A DNA stretch of 64,000 nucleotides from Marinobacter sp. (GCF_041690615.1 NZ_JAWLGY010000004.1:117650-181649); one strand, 5' to 3'; numbered from the stretch's first letter, positions 49,848 through 63,408 are shown. Program-made: numbers and translations. Notes: a model not told the origin generated them from the sequence alone.

Positions 49848-49899
49848 GAGATCCTCCTGTCCGTCACCTGTGAATGGCCAACAAACACCTGCCGGCCGA

Positions 49900-50958
49900 T
49901 CAGCCCACCAGGGATTCGAGGGCCTGCAACAGCTCGTCGTTCTGATCGACCGTGCCGATGGTGATCCGCAGAAAATTGTCGATGCGTGGCTTGTCGAAAT
50001 GGCGGACGATAATGCCCCGCTCCCGCAGACGGAGTGCCAGTTCAGCGCCCGACAGGGTACCGTGCCGGGCAAAGATGAAGTTGGCGGACGAAGGCAGTAC
50101 CTCGAAGCCCATGGGTTTCATGGCTGTCGTCACGCGCTCCCGCTCATCCATGACCCGTTGCCGGGTTTCGTTGAACCAGGCCTCGTCTTCAAACGCAGCA
50201 ATGGCGCCCGCTTGCGCCAGGCGGTCCAGGGGATAGGAGTTGAAACTGTTTTTCACCCGGTTAAGGGCTTCTATCAGATCCCGGTGGCCAATGGCCAGGC
50301 CAATCCGCAAACCAGCCAGCGAACGGGCCTTGGACAATGTCTGGCTCACCAGCAGGTTGGGGTACCGGTTCACCAACGTAATGGCTGACTCGGCCCCGAA
50401 GTCCACATAGGCTTCATCAACGACGACCACACTGTCGGGATTGCCCGACACGACCCGTTCGATGTCTGCCAGTGGCAGGGCCCGACCGGTGGGGGCGTTG
50501 GGGTTGGGGAAAATTATACCGCCATTGGGCACCTGGTAATCGCGGGGGTCAATCCCGAAATCTTCCGTCAACGGCACCAACCGGCTTTCGACGCCGTACA
50601 ATCCGCAATAGACCGGGTAAAAACTGTAGGTAATGTCCGGGAAGAGAATCGGCCGGTCCTGTTTCAGCAGGGCCTGGAAAATATGGGCCAGCACCTCATC
50701 GGAGCCATTGCCCACAAACACCTGCTCGGGGGATACCCCGTGGTAGCCGGCAATCACCGAACGCAACTGCTCGCTCTCCGGGTCGGGATACAGACGCAGG
50801 CGCTCATCCAACTGCGCCCGGATCGCTTCCAGTACCCTGGGTGACGGGCCGTAGGGGTTCTCGTTGGTGTTCAGCTTGACCAGCCGTTGCATCTTCGGCT
50901 GCTCGCCAGGCACATAGGGTTTGAGCTGGCTGACCAGCGGGCTCCAGAACTTGCTCAT
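49900..50958 (-). CDS. hisC: Histidinol-phosphate aminotransferase
   Basis: [14 protein letters not shown] and [14 protein letters not shown] motifs. Confidence 0.96.
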   Translation of the reverse strand: MSKFWSPLVSQLKPYVPGEQPKMQRLVKLNTNENPYGPSPRVLEAIRAQLDERLRLYPDPESEQLRSVIAGYHGVSPEQVFVGNGSDEVLAHIFQALLKQDRPILFPDITYSFYPVYCGLYGVESRLVPLTEDFGIDPRDYQVPNGGIIFPNPNAPTGRALPLADIERVVSGNPDSVVVVDEAYVDFGAESAITLVNRYPNLLVSQTLSKARSLAGLRIGLAIGHRDLIEALNRVKNSFNSYPLDRLAQAGAIAAFEDEAWFNETRQRVMDERERVTTAMKPMGFEVLPSSANFIFARHGTLSGAELALRLRERGIIVRHFDKPRIDNFLRITIGTVDQNDELLQALESLVG

Positions 50959-50967
50959 GGGCGCTCC

Positions 50968-52281
50968 TCAGCTGTCGCTCTTGATGCGGTATTCTGCGGA
51001 GCGGGCGTGGGCGGTAAGGCCCTCACCCCTTGCCAGAACCGAAGCCACCCGTCCCATACGGTCCGCGCCAGCGGCGGAAAACCCGATCAGGGACGACCGC
51101 TTCTGGAAGTCATAGACCCCCAGCGGCGATGAGAACCGCGCTGTGCCGGAGGTCGGCAACACGTGGTTCGGGCCGGCACAGTAATCCCCGAGAGCTTCAG
51201 CGGTATAGCGCCCCATAAAGATGGCTCCGGCATGGCGGATCTTGTCAACCAGCGCCCCGGGGTCTTCAACAGACAATTCCAGGTGCTCCGGCGCAATCCG
51301 GTTGGAAACCTTCGCCGCCTCATCCAGGTCTTTCACCTGGATAAGAGCGCCGCGATCCGACAACGACCGGGCAACGATATCCGCCCGTTCCATGGTGGGT
51401 ACCAGCTTGCGGATACTCGCTTCCACCGCATCCAGGAAGGCCCCGTCGGGACTGACCAGGATCGACTGGGCCTGTTCGTCGTGCTCAGCCTGTGAGAACA
51501 GGTCCATGGCAATCCAGTCCGGGTCGGTGTTGCCATCGCAGATCACCAGAATCTCGGACGGACCGGCAATCATGTCGATTCCCACGGTACCAAATACCTC
51601 GCGCTTGGCGGTCGCGACAAAGATATTTCCCGGCCCCACAATCTTGTCAACGGCCGGTACTGTCTCGGTGCCATAAGCCAGTGCACCGACAGCCTGCGCC
51701 CCACCCAGGGTAAACACCCGGTCCACGCCGGCAATGACCGCAGCCGCCAACACCATATCGTTGACCACACCTGCCGGCGTGGGCACCACCATAATCACTT
51801 CGGACACCCCGGCCACCTTGGCGGGAATGGCGTTCATCAACACCGAAGAGGGATAGGCCGCCTTGCCGCCGGGCACATAGATGCCAACCCGGTCCAGCGG
51901 CGTCACCTTCTGCCCCAGCACCGTGCCGTCCGCATCCTCATACTGCCAGGAATCCTGCTTCTGGCGCTGGTGGTAATCCCGGATCCGGGCAGCCGCAGCC
52001 TCCAGGGCTTCCCTCTGCTCCGCCGGAATACGTTCCAGGGCCTGCTCCATGCGAGTGATGGACATCTCCAGCTCGGCCATGGACGCCACCTCGAGCTGAT
52101 CAAACTTCGCGGTAAACTCCAGCACCGCCTGGTCGCCCCGCAGTTTCACCTCGGCGAGAATATGACGGACCGACTCATTCACCTGATGGTCGACGCTGTC
52201 ATCCCACGCCAGCAGGCGGGACAGCGCATCATCAAAACCTGCATCGGAAGCAGACAATCGGGTCATCGAAATGTCGGTCAT
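50968..52281 (-). CDS. hisD: Histidinol dehydrogenase
   Basis: [25 protein letters not shown] and APEHLEL motifs. Confidence 0.97.
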   Translation of the reverse strand: MTDISMTRLSASDAGFDDALSRLLAWDDSVDHQVNESVRHILAEVKLRGDQAVLEFTAKFDQLEVASMAELEMSITRMEQALERIPAEQREALEAAAARIRDYHQRQKQDSWQYEDADGTVLGQKVTPLDRVGIYVPGGKAAYPSSVLMNAIPAKVAGVSEVIMVVPTPAGVVNDMVLAAAVIAGVDRVFTLGGAQAVGALAYGTETVPAVDKIVGPGNIFVATAKREVFGTVGIDMIAGPSEILVICDGNTDPDWIAMDLFSQAEHDEQAQSILVSPDGAFLDAVEASIRKLVPTMERADIVARSLSDRGALIQVKDLDEAAKVSNRIAPEHLELSVEDPGALVDKIRHAGAIFMGRYTAEALGDYCAGPNHVLPTSGTARFSSPLGVYDFQKRSSLIGFSAAGADRMGRVASVLARGEGLTAHARSAEYRIKSDS

Positions 52282-52325
52282 AACAGTCACCTGGGAGAAA
52301 CACAAAGTGTCAGTAAACGAGAACG

Positions 52326-52979
52326 TCAGGCCTCAACAGCCCGACGGGCCTCAACAGCCTGCCCCATCTTGTCGATAATCGGCTGCAACAGGGCATGCTT
52401 CATCTTCATGGATGCCCGGTTAGCCACCAGCCGTGTGCTGATATTCTCGATCAGGTCCCGCGCCTCCAGCCCGTTGGCCTTGAGCGTGTTACCGGTATCC
52501 ACAATATCCACGATTTCATCGGCCAGTCCCAGAATCGGCGCCAACTCCATCGCCCCATAGAGCTTGATGATATCCGCCTGGCGCCCCTGGGCCGCGTAGT
52601 AACGGCGGGCCAGGTTCACGAACTTGGTGGCCACCCGCAAGCGCCCCTGGGGCGCGGGCTGCCCCTTGACCCCGGCCGTCATCAGCCGGCAGCGGGAAAT
52701 ATTCAGGTCTAGCGGCTCGTAGAGCCCCTCTCCCCCGTGCTCCATCAGCACGTCCTTTCCGGTTACGCCCAGGTCGGCACCACCGTATTGCACGTAGGTA
52801 GGAACGTCAGTCGCACGGATAATCAACAAGCGTACGTTTGGGTCCGTTGACGGAAACACAAGCTTGCGGGATTTGCTGATATCGTCCACGAACTCAATTC
52901 CGGCTTCCCGCAGCAACGGAATGGTCTCGTCGAGGATGCGCCCCTTCGAGAGCGCAATGGTAATCGATGTTTCGGTCAT
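52326..52979 (-). CDS. hisG: ATP phosphoribosyltransferase, short (HisZ-dependent) form
   Basis: [16 protein letters not shown] and DIVDTGNTL motifs; no C-terminal regulatory domain. Confidence 0.95.
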   Translation of the reverse strand: MTETSITIALSKGRILDETIPLLREAGIEFVDDISKSRKLVFPSTDPNVRLLIIRATDVPTYVQYGGADLGVTGKDVLMEHGGEGLYEPLDLNISRCRLMTAGVKGQPAPQGRLRVATKFVNLARRYYAAQGRQADIIKLYGAMELAPILGLADEIVDIVDTGNTLKANGLEARDLIENISTRLVANRASMKMKHALLQPIIDKMGQAVEARRAVEA

Positions 52980-53017
52980 CGGTGATCCGTCCGGTTCGAA
53001 TGTCTTGGCCATCCGCC

Positions 53018-54551
<1,534 letters not shown>

Positions 54552-54601
54552 ACGCGGTTTAACCTCAAAGTTGTACGAAACGAAAGCGGAATTGTACCGG
54601 A

Positions 54602-54907
54602 TTATGGGGAGCCGGTCAGCCAGCTGGCAACACCGTTCAGGCGGGAGAGCTCAAGCAGGTCGGGGGAGGCGCCCTCATAGGTGAGAGACTGGGATCTACC
54701 CTCCGCGGCCCGGCGCCAACACAGCAATAGCGACAGCAACAGACTGCTGGCAGTGGACACGGATGTAAGGTCAATGGTAACAGCAACCTGCCCTGGCTGC
54801 CTCGAAAGCCAGTCTTCACCCTGCCGCCGCAGATCAACCACGTTGTCCGCGGTCACCTGGCCGGCAAGCTCGAGGCGCTCACCGGCTACACGGACACTGG
54901 CAGTCAT
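54602..54907 (-). CDS. mlaB: STAS-domain protein of the Mla system
   Basis: STAS-like pattern; synteny. Confidence 0.8.
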   Translation of the reverse strand: MTASVRVAGERLELAGQVTADNVVDLRRQGEDWLSRQPGQVAVTIDLTSVSTASSLLLSLLLCWRRAAEGRSQSLTYEGASPDLLELSRLNGVASWLTGSP

Positions 54908-55599
54908 TGATCATTTGCGCCCTGGTCCATTTCCTCGTCCAGGTTGAGAGAAGCCACGGCATCACCCCAGTTGTCGATGACAGCCTCCACATCACCACGA
55001 CGGGCTTCCATTTCCTGGGCAAAACGGTCGCGGAATGCGAGGCCAATATTGACCCCTTCGACTATCACGTTTTCCATCAGCCAGTCGCTGCCACTGTCCT
55101 TGCGGTACATGGAGTAGGTCACCTGGTAACGATCACCGGATTCGGTGGTCACCAGCAGATTTACCGAGGCGCGATCTTCATTGCGGGGATTGATCTCGGC
55201 CTGCTCCACCTGGATTTCGAAGCCGTCAGAATTGTTGACAAGGGCCTGGGCATAGCTGTCAAACAGGCTGCGCTTGAAGCGTGTTACAAACTCATCCCGC
55301 TGTTCGGGCGTGGTCTGACGGGCATAGCGCCCCATCACCCGGGCGGCGATTCGGCGGAAATCCACAAAGCCGGTAAGTGCCTGCTCCATCTCGCCGTAAA
55401 AGGACTCCGGATCCTGTTCGTACAGATCCTTTTCTTCGTTGAGTCGTTCCACCAGCTTCTGGGTGTTCTCATCCACGTAACTGGCCAGGTCCTGGTTATT
55501 GGCGACAGCCGGACGAACCAGCAAAGCAGACACCAGGGCCATGGCAAACAGCGCCAGGGAAAAGGGTGTGAGGCGAGTTGTGTGACGAACCGCGGTCAT
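54904..55599 (-). CDS. mlaC: Periplasmic phospholipid shuttle
   Basis: VDF..IAARVMG and W..ENV.VEGV motifs. Confidence 0.9.
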   Translation of the reverse strand: MTAVRHTTRLTPFSLALFAMALVSALLVRPAVANNQDLASYVDENTQKLVERLNEEKDLYEQDPESFYGEMEQALTGFVDFRRIAARVMGRYARQTTPEQRDEFVTRFKRSLFDSYAQALVNNSDGFEIQVEQAEINPRNEDRASVNLLVTTESGDRYQVTYSMYRKDSGSDWLMENVIVEGVNIGLAFRDRFAQEMEARRGDVEAVIDNWGDAVASLNLDEEMDQGANDQ

Positions 55600-55627
55600 G
55601 GGTTTCTCCTGTTATTGCGTTCCTGAC

Positions 55628-56086
55628 TTAGTCGCCACCCTGACCGGAGGCGAAATTGCTGATCATGCGCTCAATGTTGAGCGCCGACTGGGTTTCGTAG
55701 AAGGTATCCCCGTCTGCCAGGGATTCCATTTCAGCGCCTGGCGATATATCAATATACTGCTCCCCCAGCAAGCCGGATGTACGTATGATCGCTGAGCTGT
55801 CGGCAGGGATCGAGTCGATGGCTGCAGAGATGTCCATCACCACCCTTGCCTGGAATGTGTCCTGGTCGAGGGTCACTTCACGGATCTGCCCCACCTGGAC
55901 ACCGGCCATGGAAACCCGCCCCCTGGGCCCCAGCCCTCCGGCATCGTTGAAATAGGCGTGAACCGTGTAGGTATCCCCGGCCGGCTTGAAGGTCAGCCCG
56001 CTGACCTGCAGTGCCAAAAACAACAGCGCAGCACCACCCGCCAGGATAAACAGGCCAACAATAACTTCTGTCGTTTTCTGAGCCAT
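55628..56086 (-). CDS. mlaD: MCE-domain lipid asymmetry protein
   Basis: VGLFILAG, GGL..R..V..AGV and TSGLLGEQY motifs. Confidence 0.93.
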   Translation of the reverse strand: MAQKTTEVIVGLFILAGGAALLFLALQVSGLTFKPAGDTYTVHAYFNDAGGLGPRGRVSMAGVQVGQIREVTLDQDTFQARVVMDISAAIDSIPADSSAIIRTSGLLGEQYIDISPGAEMESLADGDTFYETQSALNIERMISNFASGQGGD

Positions 56087-56880
56087 CAGAAACTCCCGAA
56101 CATGACGGCGGTCAGGACGAAGTCGAGACCCAGCACCGTCAAGGATGAAAACACAACCGTTCTGGTGGTGGCGGCGCTGATACCCTCGGATGTGGGCACA
56201 CAGTCGTAACCCTGGTAAACCGCAATCCACGTACAGGCAACACCGAATACCAGACTCTTGATAATGCCATTGACGACATCATCCGCGAACGCGACAGACG
56301 CCTGCATGTTGCCCCAGTAGGAGCCCTCGAACACACCCAGCCATTCCACACCAACCAGCATACCGCCCCAGATACCCACCACTGAAAAAATCAGCGCCAG
56401 CAGCGGCATGGAAATGAATCCGGCCCACAACCGGGGCGCCATAACCCTGCGCAGGGGATCGACCCCCATCATTTCCATACTGGACAGCTGTTCCGTTGCC
56501 TTCATCAAGCCGATCTCCGCCGTCAGCGCCGATCCGGCCCGGCCTGCGAACAGCAAGGCGGTGACCACCGGCCCCAGCTCCCGCAGGAGCGTTAGAGCGA
56601 TCATCTGGCCGATGGCGCTCTCCGAACCGAAATCGCTGAGAATGGTGTAACCCTGGAGCGCCAGCACCATGCCAATAAACAGCCCGGACACAATGACGAT
56701 GGCCAGGGACAGCACGCCGATCCTGTAGATCTGCTGCACCAGCAAACGCCCACCCACTGAGGGGCGCGGCACGCCGGCCAGCGATCCCCACAGGAAAACG
56801 CCGGCCCGGCCCAGGGAAGCCAGGGTATCCAGGCCACGACGCCCCAGGCGCGCCACCCGATCCACCAGTGAACTAGCCAC
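56086..56880 (-). CDS. mlaE: Mla ABC transporter permease
   Basis: [28 protein letters not shown]; GGAGG RBS before GTG. Confidence 0.95.
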   Translation of the reverse strand: MASSLVDRVARLGRRGLDTLASLGRAGVFLWGSLAGVPRPSVGGRLLVQQIYRIGVLSLAIVIVSGLFIGMVLALQGYTILSDFGSESAIGQMIALTLLRELGPVVTALLFAGRAGSALTAEIGLMKATEQLSSMEMMGVDPLRRVMAPRLWAGFISMPLLALIFSVVGIWGGMLVGVEWLGVFEGSYWGNMQASVAFADDVVNGIIKSLVFGVACTWIAVYQGYDCVPTSEGISAATTRTVVFSSLTVLGLDFVLTAVMFGSF

Positions 56881-57697
56881 GACCGGAACCTCCCGCAGGG
56901 GTGCCACCCCAGTCTGCCTGAGCATCCGGCGCCGGGTAGTGGAAGGGTACCGGCCCGTCCGGGCTGCCATGGAGGAACTGCTGGACCTTGGGCGAGGCGT
57001 GGTTTCTCAGCTCATCCGGTGTCCCCTCCCCGATTACCCTGCCGTCGGAAACGATACAGGCATAGTCGGCGATACTGAGAGACTCCGGCACATCATGGGA
57101 TACAAGCACACTGGTCAGGCCCATGGTAGCGTTCAGCTCACGGATCAGCTTGACCAGGACCCCCATGGCAATGGGGTCCTGCCCGGCGAAGGGCTCATCA
57201 TACAGAATCAGCTCAGGGTCCAGGGCAATACTCCTGGCCAGGGCCACCCTGCGCGTCATGCCCCCCGACAGCTCAGCAGGCATCAGGTTCCGGGCGCCTC
57301 GCAAACCCACGGCTTCCAGTTTCATCAGTACGATGTCGCGAATCATGTCCTCCGGCAGGCGGGTGTGCACCCGAAGAGGGAAAGCCACATTCTCGAAGAC
57401 GCTCAGATCGGTGAACAGGGCGCCGCTCTGAAACAGCATGCCCATGCCCTCGCGCAGCCGATAAAGCGCCTTGCGCTTCAGTGAGGGCACATCAAGCCCG
57501 TTGACGCGGATACTGCCGCTGTCCGGGCGCAGCTGGCCCCCGATCAGCTTGAGCAACGTGGTCTTGCCAGTGCCGCTGGGGCCCATGATGGCGGTGATCC
57601 GGCCACGGGGAATGGCCAGGGAGACCCCATCGAAGATGCGGCGACTGCCCCGGGTGAAAACAACGTCGTCCAGAAGGATGCAGGAACTGTCCGCCAT
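56873..57697 (-). CDS. mlaF: Mla ABC transporter ATPase
   Basis: [13 protein letters not shown] and [10 protein letters not shown] motifs. Confidence 0.95.
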   Translation of the reverse strand: MADSSCILLDDVVFTRGSRRIFDGVSLAIPRGRITAIMGPSGTGKTTLLKLIGGQLRPDSGSIRVNGLDVPSLKRKALYRLREGMGMLFQSGALFTDLSVFENVAFPLRVHTRLPEDMIRDIVLMKLEAVGLRGARNLMPAELSGGMTRRVALARSIALDPELILYDEPFAGQDPIAMGVLVKLIRELNATMGLTSVLVSHDVPESLSIADYACIVSDGRVIGEGTPDELRNHASPKVQQFLHGSPDGPVPFHYPAPDAQADWGGTPAGGSGRG

Positions 57698-57911
57698 GAC
57701 CGTAACCACCGGAAATTTGGCGTTACAGTATGCCAACTGGCCGGGCAGCTCAATGACTACGGGCGTTAAACTTTGTGAATACTGGACCGGTCAGGCCAGC
57801 GTAGCGGGCAACGGCAGCCCCGCAGCACCGGTTGATGATATACTTCCGCCCATACTTTAGGCTTTTACAGGGCAGGTTTCCCCTGCACCCCTGCGTCTGA
57901 CCAGGAGATCC

Positions 57912-58880
57912 ATGAACAAACCGTTTGTTACCGCCGCACTCAACGCCATCGATATCGAACGCCAGGCGGTCGAAGCCCTTTCCGGCCGAATCGACGACGA
58001 CTTCATCCGCGCCTGCGAGGTCATCATGGCCTGCAAGGGCCGGGTTGTGGTTACCGGCATGGGCAAGTCCGGTCACATCGGCAACAAGATCGCCGCGACC
58101 CTGGCCAGTACCGGTACCCCCTCGTTCTTCGTGCATCCCGGGGAAGCCAGCCACGGCGACCTGGGCATGATCACCAGCCAGGATGTGGTGCTGGCCATTT
58201 CCAACTCCGGTAACACCGGCGAGGTGCTGACCATCCTGCCGCTGCTCAAACGCATGGGCGCACCGCTGATCAGCATGACCGGAAACCGGGACTCCACCCT
58301 GGCCCGGGAAGCCGTGGCGAATCTCGACGTCAGCGTGGCCAAGGAGGCTTGCCCGCTGGGGCTGGCCCCCACTTCCAGCACCACTGCCACCCTGGTGATG
58401 GGCGATGCCCTGGCAGTAGCACTGCTGGAGGCGCGGGGCTTCAGCGCCGAAGACTTTGCTTTCTCCCATCCCGGTGGCGCCCTCGGTCGACGCCTGTTGC
58501 TGCGGGTGTCGGATATCATGCATACGGATGACCGTATCCCCAGGGTCCGCGAGACTACGCCGCTGGCCGGGGCCTTGCTGGAAATCTCCCTCAAGGGACT
58601 GGGGATGACCACCGTTGTCAACGAGGACGGTCGGCTGGTGGGCATCTTCACTGATGGCGACCTGCGCCGTACCCTGGACCGCTCCATCGATATCCAGAAG
58701 ACCCTGATCCGGGACGTCATGACCCGTCACGGCCGTGTCATCCATGAAGACCAGCTCGCTGCCGAAGCCCTGCACATCATGGAAGAACTGAAAATCAACG
58801 CCCTGCCGGTTCTGAACCGTGACGAGGAGCTGGTCGGCGCCATCAATATGCACGACCTGCTGCGGGCGGGGGTGATCTGA
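57912..58880 (+). CDS. kdsD: Arabinose-5-phosphate isomerase (KpsF/GutQ)
   Basis: GMGKSGHIG, HGDLG, APTSST motifs; CBS pair. Confidence 0.95.
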   Translation: MNKPFVTAALNAIDIERQAVEALSGRIDDDFIRACEVIMACKGRVVVTGMGKSGHIGNKIAATLASTGTPSFFVHPGEASHGDLGMITSQDVVLAISNSGNTGEVLTILPLLKRMGAPLISMTGNRDSTLAREAVANLDVSVAKEACPLGLAPTSSTTATLVMGDALAVALLEARGFSAEDFAFSHPGGALGRRLLLRVSDIMHTDDRIPRVRETTPLAGALLEISLKGLGMTTVVNEDGRLVGIFTDGDLRRTLDRSIDIQKTLIRDVMTRHGRVIHEDQLAAEALHIMEELKINALPVLNRDEELVGAINMHDLLRAGVI

Positions 58881-58881
58881 G

Positions 58882-59454
58882 ATGCCCCCGGCTGTTAACC
58901 CGCATTCGGCCCCGATGTGGCCGCAGGACATTCTGGAAAAAGCGGCCGGCATTGCCCTGCTGGCCCTGGATGTAGACGGCATCATGACCGATGGTTCGTT
59001 GCTGTTCTCTGCCAGTGGCGACGAGCTCAAGGCATTCAATATCCTCGACGGCCTGGGCATGAAGCAGGCCATGGCCGCCGGTATCGAAGTCGCGGTGATT
59101 ACCGGCCGCAACTCCCCCCTGACCGAACGTCGCATGAGCAGCCTGGGCGTCGGAACCCTTCTTCAAGGGAGGGAAGACAAGGTGACCGCACTGCGCGAGA
59201 TCGCCGACCGGCGCCAGCTGTCGCCCGGTCACATCGCCTACATGGGGGATGACCTGCCGGACCTGGCCGCGATCCGCTATGCAGGTCTGGGCGTGACAGT
59301 GCCCAACGGCCACTGGTTCGTTCGCCGGCACGCGGATTATTGCACGCAGGCAGCCGGCGGTTCCGGCGCGGTCCGTGAACTGACCGACCTCCTGCTGTCT
59401 GCCCGGGGCACACTGGATGAAGAGCTGGAGCGCTGGCTGGGAGCCTCTGGATGA
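58882..59454 (+). CDS. kdsC: KDO-8-phosphate phosphatase
   Basis: LDVDGIMTDG and GDDLPD motifs. Confidence 0.93.
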   Translation: MPPAVNPHSAPMWPQDILEKAAGIALLALDVDGIMTDGSLLFSASGDELKAFNILDGLGMKQAMAAGIEVAVITGRNSPLTERRMSSLGVGTLLQGREDKVTALREIADRRQLSPGHIAYMGDDLPDLAAIRYAGLGVTVPNGHWFVRRHADYCTQAAGGSGAVRELTDLLLSARGTLDEELERWLGASG

Positions 59455-60071
59455 GTGATCAGGACGACCGCAATCTGCTGGTCAGGGCCTTGGACCTTCT
59501 GGCCCGGCCCAGGATCCGTAACCCCGGGCTCGCCATTGCCGCCCTGGTGCTTGGCTATCTTATCTGGCAGAGTGACGACCCTCGTTCCGTGGATACCGAC
59601 GCCATCGCCCTGCGAGGCGAGACCGAACCGGACACCTTCGTGAACCAGGGCGTATTCCGGTCCTTCGACCGCTCAGGACAACCCGAGATCGTCCTCACCA
59701 GCCCCCGTACCGAGCAGTTTGACGACCGCAAAGAAGCCTTGCTGGAAGCCCCGGACGGCACCCTGTACGATCACGACGCGGGCCTGCGCTGGCTGATTAA
59801 CGCCAATAGCGGCCTGTACGACATGGCGGCCGAAATCATGGACCTCGAAGGTGACGTGGAGGTGATAAGACGGGGGGAAGGGGGTGACGCCGTCTTGCTT
59901 ACCGAATACCTTCGCATTGATAATGCCTCCCGAACGGCCACCACCGATCGCCCGGTTACCCTGACATCACCCGGGCAGGTTACCCATGCCCGCGGCCTCA
60001 CCGGCTGGCTTGACGATCGGGTGCTGGAACTGGAGAACTCCGTTGAGGGAACCTATGAAACCCGTCAGTAA
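59451..60071 (+). CDS. lptC: LPS export protein LptC
   Basis: N-terminal TM, OstA-like strands; synteny. Confidence 0.85.
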   Translation: MSDQDDRNLLVRALDLLARPRIRNPGLAIAALVLGYLIWQSDDPRSVDTDAIALRGETEPDTFVNQGVFRSFDRSGQPEIVLTSPRTEQFDDRKEALLEAPDGTLYDHDAGLRWLINANSGLYDMAAEIMDLEGDVEVIRRGEGGDAVLLTEYLRIDNASRTATTDRPVTLTSPGQVTHARGLTGWLDDRVLELENSVEGTYETRQ

Positions 60072-60588
60072 CCCGTTACGTTGCCTGCTGTTGCTGGTGG
60101 CGCTGGCACCCGCACTACCGGCTGCAGCCTTCGATATGAACTCGGACGAGCCCATCCGGATCACAGCGGATTCGGCCCGGCTGGACGACAATCGCGGCAC
60201 AGCCATCTACCGGGGCAATGTGGACGTTCGCCAGGGCGAAGTGCTGCTCACCGCTGACCGGGTAGATGTCTACAGAGGTGCCGAGGGCCTGGATCGCATC
60301 CATGCCACCGGTCAGCCCGCCACCTATGATCGCCCGGCCACCGCCAACGAGGGTGCTGTCCACGCCGAAGCCCTCGAGATTCACTACTCCGCCGGCGAGA
60401 ACCTGCTGCGCTTCGAGCGAAAGGCCGTGGTTCAGCAGGGCCAGGACGAGTTCAGAGGCGCCGTCATCACCTACGATACCACCAACCGTATCGTGACCGG
60501 CGAGGGCCAGGACGACGGCGGCGAAGGCTCCGGCAGGGTCGAGATGGTCATCCAGCCCCGGGGCAACAGTTCATCCAGCGGTAACTGA
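60055..60588 (+). CDS. lptA: LPS transport periplasmic protein LptA
   Basis: Signal peptide; PIRITAD, GNV..QG and RVEMVIQP motifs. Confidence 0.9.
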   Translation: MKPVSNPLRCLLLLVALAPALPAAAFDMNSDEPIRITADSARLDDNRGTAIYRGNVDVRQGEVLLTADRVDVYRGAEGLDRIHATGQPATYDRPATANEGAVHAEALEIHYSAGENLLRFERKAVVQQGQDEFRGAVITYDTTNRIVTGEGQDDGGEGSGRVEMVIQPRGNSSSSGN

Positions 60589-60599
60589 CGGCGCACTCT

Positions 60600-61325
60600 A
60601 TGGCATTGTTACAGGCGAACCACCTCGCCAAGAGCTACAAGCAGAAAAAGGTCGTTATTGACGTGTCCCTCAGCATCGAGAGCGGACAGATCGTCGGACT
60701 GCTCGGCCCCAACGGGGCTGGCAAGACCACCTGTTTCTATATGATCGTCGGTCTGGTGCCGGCGGATCACGGCCATATCAGCATCGACGGCAAGGACATC
60801 ACGCCGCTACCCATGCATGGCCGTGCGCGCCAGGGTATCGGCTACCTGCCCCAGGAAGCCTCGGTCTTCCGCAAGCTCTCCGTCAGCGACAACCTCATGG
60901 CGATCCTGGAAACCCGCAAGGACCTGAACCGGCGCCAGCGGGAAGAGAAAATGGAAGAACTGCTCCAGGAATTCCACATAACCCATATCCGTGACAGCGC
61001 CGGCATGGCCCTCTCCGGCGGGGAGCGCCGGCGGGTGGAAATAGCCCGCGCCCTGGCCATGGAGCCGGCCTTTATCCTGTTGGACGAACCCTTTGCCGGC
61101 GTGGATCCGATCTCTGTGAGCGATATCAAACAGATTATCCGCCATCTGCGCGACAAGGGGATTGGCGTGTTGATTACCGACCACAACGTGCGGGAAACCC
61201 TCGATATCTGCGAGAAGGCCTACATTGTCAGCAGCGGGCATATCATTGCCTCAGGCTCTGCAGAGGAAGTACTCGCCAACCAGCAGGTGAAGGAAGTCTA
61301 CCTCGGAGAGGAGTTCCGCCTCTGA
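60600..61325 (+). CDS. lptB: LPS export ABC ATPase
   Basis: [24 protein letters not shown] and TDHNVRETL motifs. Confidence 0.97.
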   Translation: MALLQANHLAKSYKQKKVVIDVSLSIESGQIVGLLGPNGAGKTTCFYMIVGLVPADHGHISIDGKDITPLPMHGRARQGIGYLPQEASVFRKLSVSDNLMAILETRKDLNRRQREEKMEELLQEFHITHIRDSAGMALSGGERRRVEIARALAMEPAFILLDEPFAGVDPISVSDIKQIIRHLRDKGIGVLITDHNVRETLDICEKAYIVSSGHIIASGSAEEVLANQQVKEVYLGEEFRL

Positions 61326-61403
61326 CCCCAGGCTGGCGCGTAGGGGAATCTGCCGAGTGGGTCCCGTCGCGGCAATTGTGTTCGCGACAGCAAGGGGGTA
61401 CAC

Positions 61404-61420
61404 TCGGCAAAGAACTTGCT
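61404..61420 (+). promoter_or_regulatory. sigma54 (-24/-12)-like site upstream of rpoN
   Basis: TCGGCAAAGAACTTGCT: GG-N10-GC with TTGC. Confidence 0.5.
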
Positions 61421-61546
61421 TGTTATTTCCAAGTATCCGGTAACACTGATATTTTTCCTGATTCAGGCAGTTTGTTGAGCTGGATCAGGCAGTTTGAAGT
61501 ACACAGGTGTTATTGATGATGTCAGAAGGGTGATGGATGTGAACTC

Positions 61547-63070
61547 ATGGTGATGAAAGCCTCCTTACAGTTAAAGATGGGTCAGAGTCTGACGATGACC
61601 CCGCAACTGCAACAGGCAATCCGTCTGCTCCAGCTTTCCACCCTGGACCTGCAACAGGAAATCCAGCAGGCGCTGGATTCCAACCCCATGCTGGAAACCT
61701 CGGAAGAGGATGACCAGGAGAGCACCGATGCCGATCGCGACAAGGAACGGGACGAGCGTAACAACGAGTCGGTCACTGCTTCAGAGGGCGACAATACAGC
61801 AGACAACAGCTGGGAAGAGTCCGACTGGTCGTCAGAGAACAACAGTGCCGACACCATTCCCGATGACCTGCCGGTAGACACGGCCTGGGATGATATCTAC
61901 CAGTCCGCCCCTGCCCCCGCATCCCGCGGTGATGACGACAATGACATGGACTTCGACAGCCGTAACCCCGCCACTGAAACCCTGCGGGACCACCTGGAAT
62001 GGCAGCTCAACCTGACTCCCATGAGCGAGCGTGACAGCGCCATTGCCCACGCCCTGCTGGATGCCGTGGACGAACGGGGCTACCTGACAACCACCCCGGA
62101 GGACATTCACTCCGGGCTGGAGGACGACACCGACGAGGACCCGGTGGAGCTGGATGAGGTAGCGGCTGTACTGCGTCGCCTGCAGCACTTTGATCCGCCC
62201 GGTGTGTTCGCCCGCGATTTGCAGGAATGCCTTCTAATCCAGCTGGACCAGCTGCCCCCGGACACCCCCTGGCTGGACAAGGCGCGACTGGTCATCACTC
62301 ACTACATCAACCTGCTGGGCAACCGGGACTACGCCCAGCTTCTGCGCCGCAGCCGCCTGAAAGAGGACCAGTTACGGGACGTACTGGCAGTCATCACGTC
62401 CCTGAACCCGCACCCAGGTAACGCCCTGGACCGGTCCGAGCCGGATTATGTAATTCCGGATGTGATCGTGCGCAAGGATAACGGCCGCTGGCGGGTGGAG
62501 CTGAACCCGGAAATTGCACCGCGCATTCGCGTGAATGCGAGCTATGCTTCGCTTATACGCCGGGCGGACAGCAGCGCCGATAACACCTACCTGCGCGACC
62601 AGCTGCAGGAAGCCAAGTGGTTTATCAAGAGCCTGCAGAGCCGCAACGAAACCCTGCTGAAAGTAGCGACACGAATTGTTGAACATCAGCAGGGTTTTCT
62701 GGACCATGGTGAAGAGGCGATGAAACCGCTGATTCTGTCGGATATCGCCCAGGCCGTGGAAATGCACGAATCGACCATTTCCAGGGTGACAACACAGAAG
62801 TACATGCACACCCCCCGCGGCATCTTCGAGCTGAAATATTTCTTCTCGAGTCATGTCAGCACGGAGGAAGGCGGCGAATGTTCCTCAACGGCCATTCGTG
62901 CCATGATCCGCAAACTGATCGCGGCAGAAACCCCGAAAAAGCCGCTCAGTGACAGCAAGATTGCCACCATGCTGGGAGAGCAGGGCATAAAGGTGGCCAG
63001 GCGCACGGTAGCAAAGTATCGTGAAGCCATGCACATTCCGCCCTCCAATGAGCGGAAACGACTGGTCTGA
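61547..63070 (+). CDS. rpoN: RNA polymerase sigma-54 factor
   Basis: [23 protein letters not shown] and RpoN box ARRTVAKYR. Confidence 0.98.
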   Translation: MVMKASLQLKMGQSLTMTPQLQQAIRLLQLSTLDLQQEIQQALDSNPMLETSEEDDQESTDADRDKERDERNNESVTASEGDNTADNSWEESDWSSENNSADTIPDDLPVDTAWDDIYQSAPAPASRGDDDNDMDFDSRNPATETLRDHLEWQLNLTPMSERDSAIAHALLDAVDERGYLTTTPEDIHSGLEDDTDEDPVELDEVAAVLRRLQHFDPPGVFARDLQECLLIQLDQLPPDTPWLDKARLVITHYINLLGNRDYAQLLRRSRLKEDQLRDVLAVITSLNPHPGNALDRSEPDYVIPDVIVRKDNGRWRVELNPEIAPRIRVNASYASLIRRADSSADNTYLRDQLQEAKWFIKSLQSRNETLLKVATRIVEHQQGFLDHGEEAMKPLILSDIAQAVEMHESTISRVTTQKYMHTPRGIFELKYFFSSHVSTEEGGECSSTAIRAMIRKLIAAETPKKPLSDSKIATMLGEQGIKVARRTVAKYREAMHIPPSNERKRLV

Positions 63071-63099
63071 ACAAAGGGTCTGACAAACAGGAGAAGCCC

Positions 63100-63408
63100 A
63101 TGCAACTGAACATTTCCGGTCATCACGTTGAACTGACTCCCTCCCTGAAGGATTACATCAACGAAAAATTCCAGAAGCTCGAGCGCCACTTTGATCACAT
63201 CAGTAACTGCCAGGTCACTCTGGAAGTGGAAAAGGTACGTCAGATTGCAGAGGCCACCCTGCATGTCGTCGGTGGTGAAATTCATGCCAAGGCCGAGAAT
63301 GACGACATGTACGCTGCGATTGATGCCCTGGTGGACAAGCTTGACCGGCAGATCCTCAAACACAAGGAAAAGAACGTTGACCGGGCCCACGGAGCGACAG
63401 CCCGCTAA
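63100..63408 (+). CDS. hpf: Ribosome hibernation promoting factor
   Basis: MQLNISGHHVELT and DMYAAID.L.DKL.RQ motifs. Confidence 0.95.
   Translation: MQLNISGHHVELTPSLKDYINEKFQKLERHFDHISNCQVTLEVEKVRQIAEATLHVVGGEIHAKAENDDMYAAIDALVDKLDRQILKHKEKNVDRAHGATAR

Noticed and set aside
52326-52979. hisG seeming truncated
   Set aside because: Matches the established short HisZ-dependent form; not a pseudogene.
57750-59135. 461-aa minus-strand ORF, and similar long ORFs at 52967-54271 and 43187-44158
   Set aside because: Antisense to kdsD/kdsC, murA and the kinase respectively; shadow ORFs.
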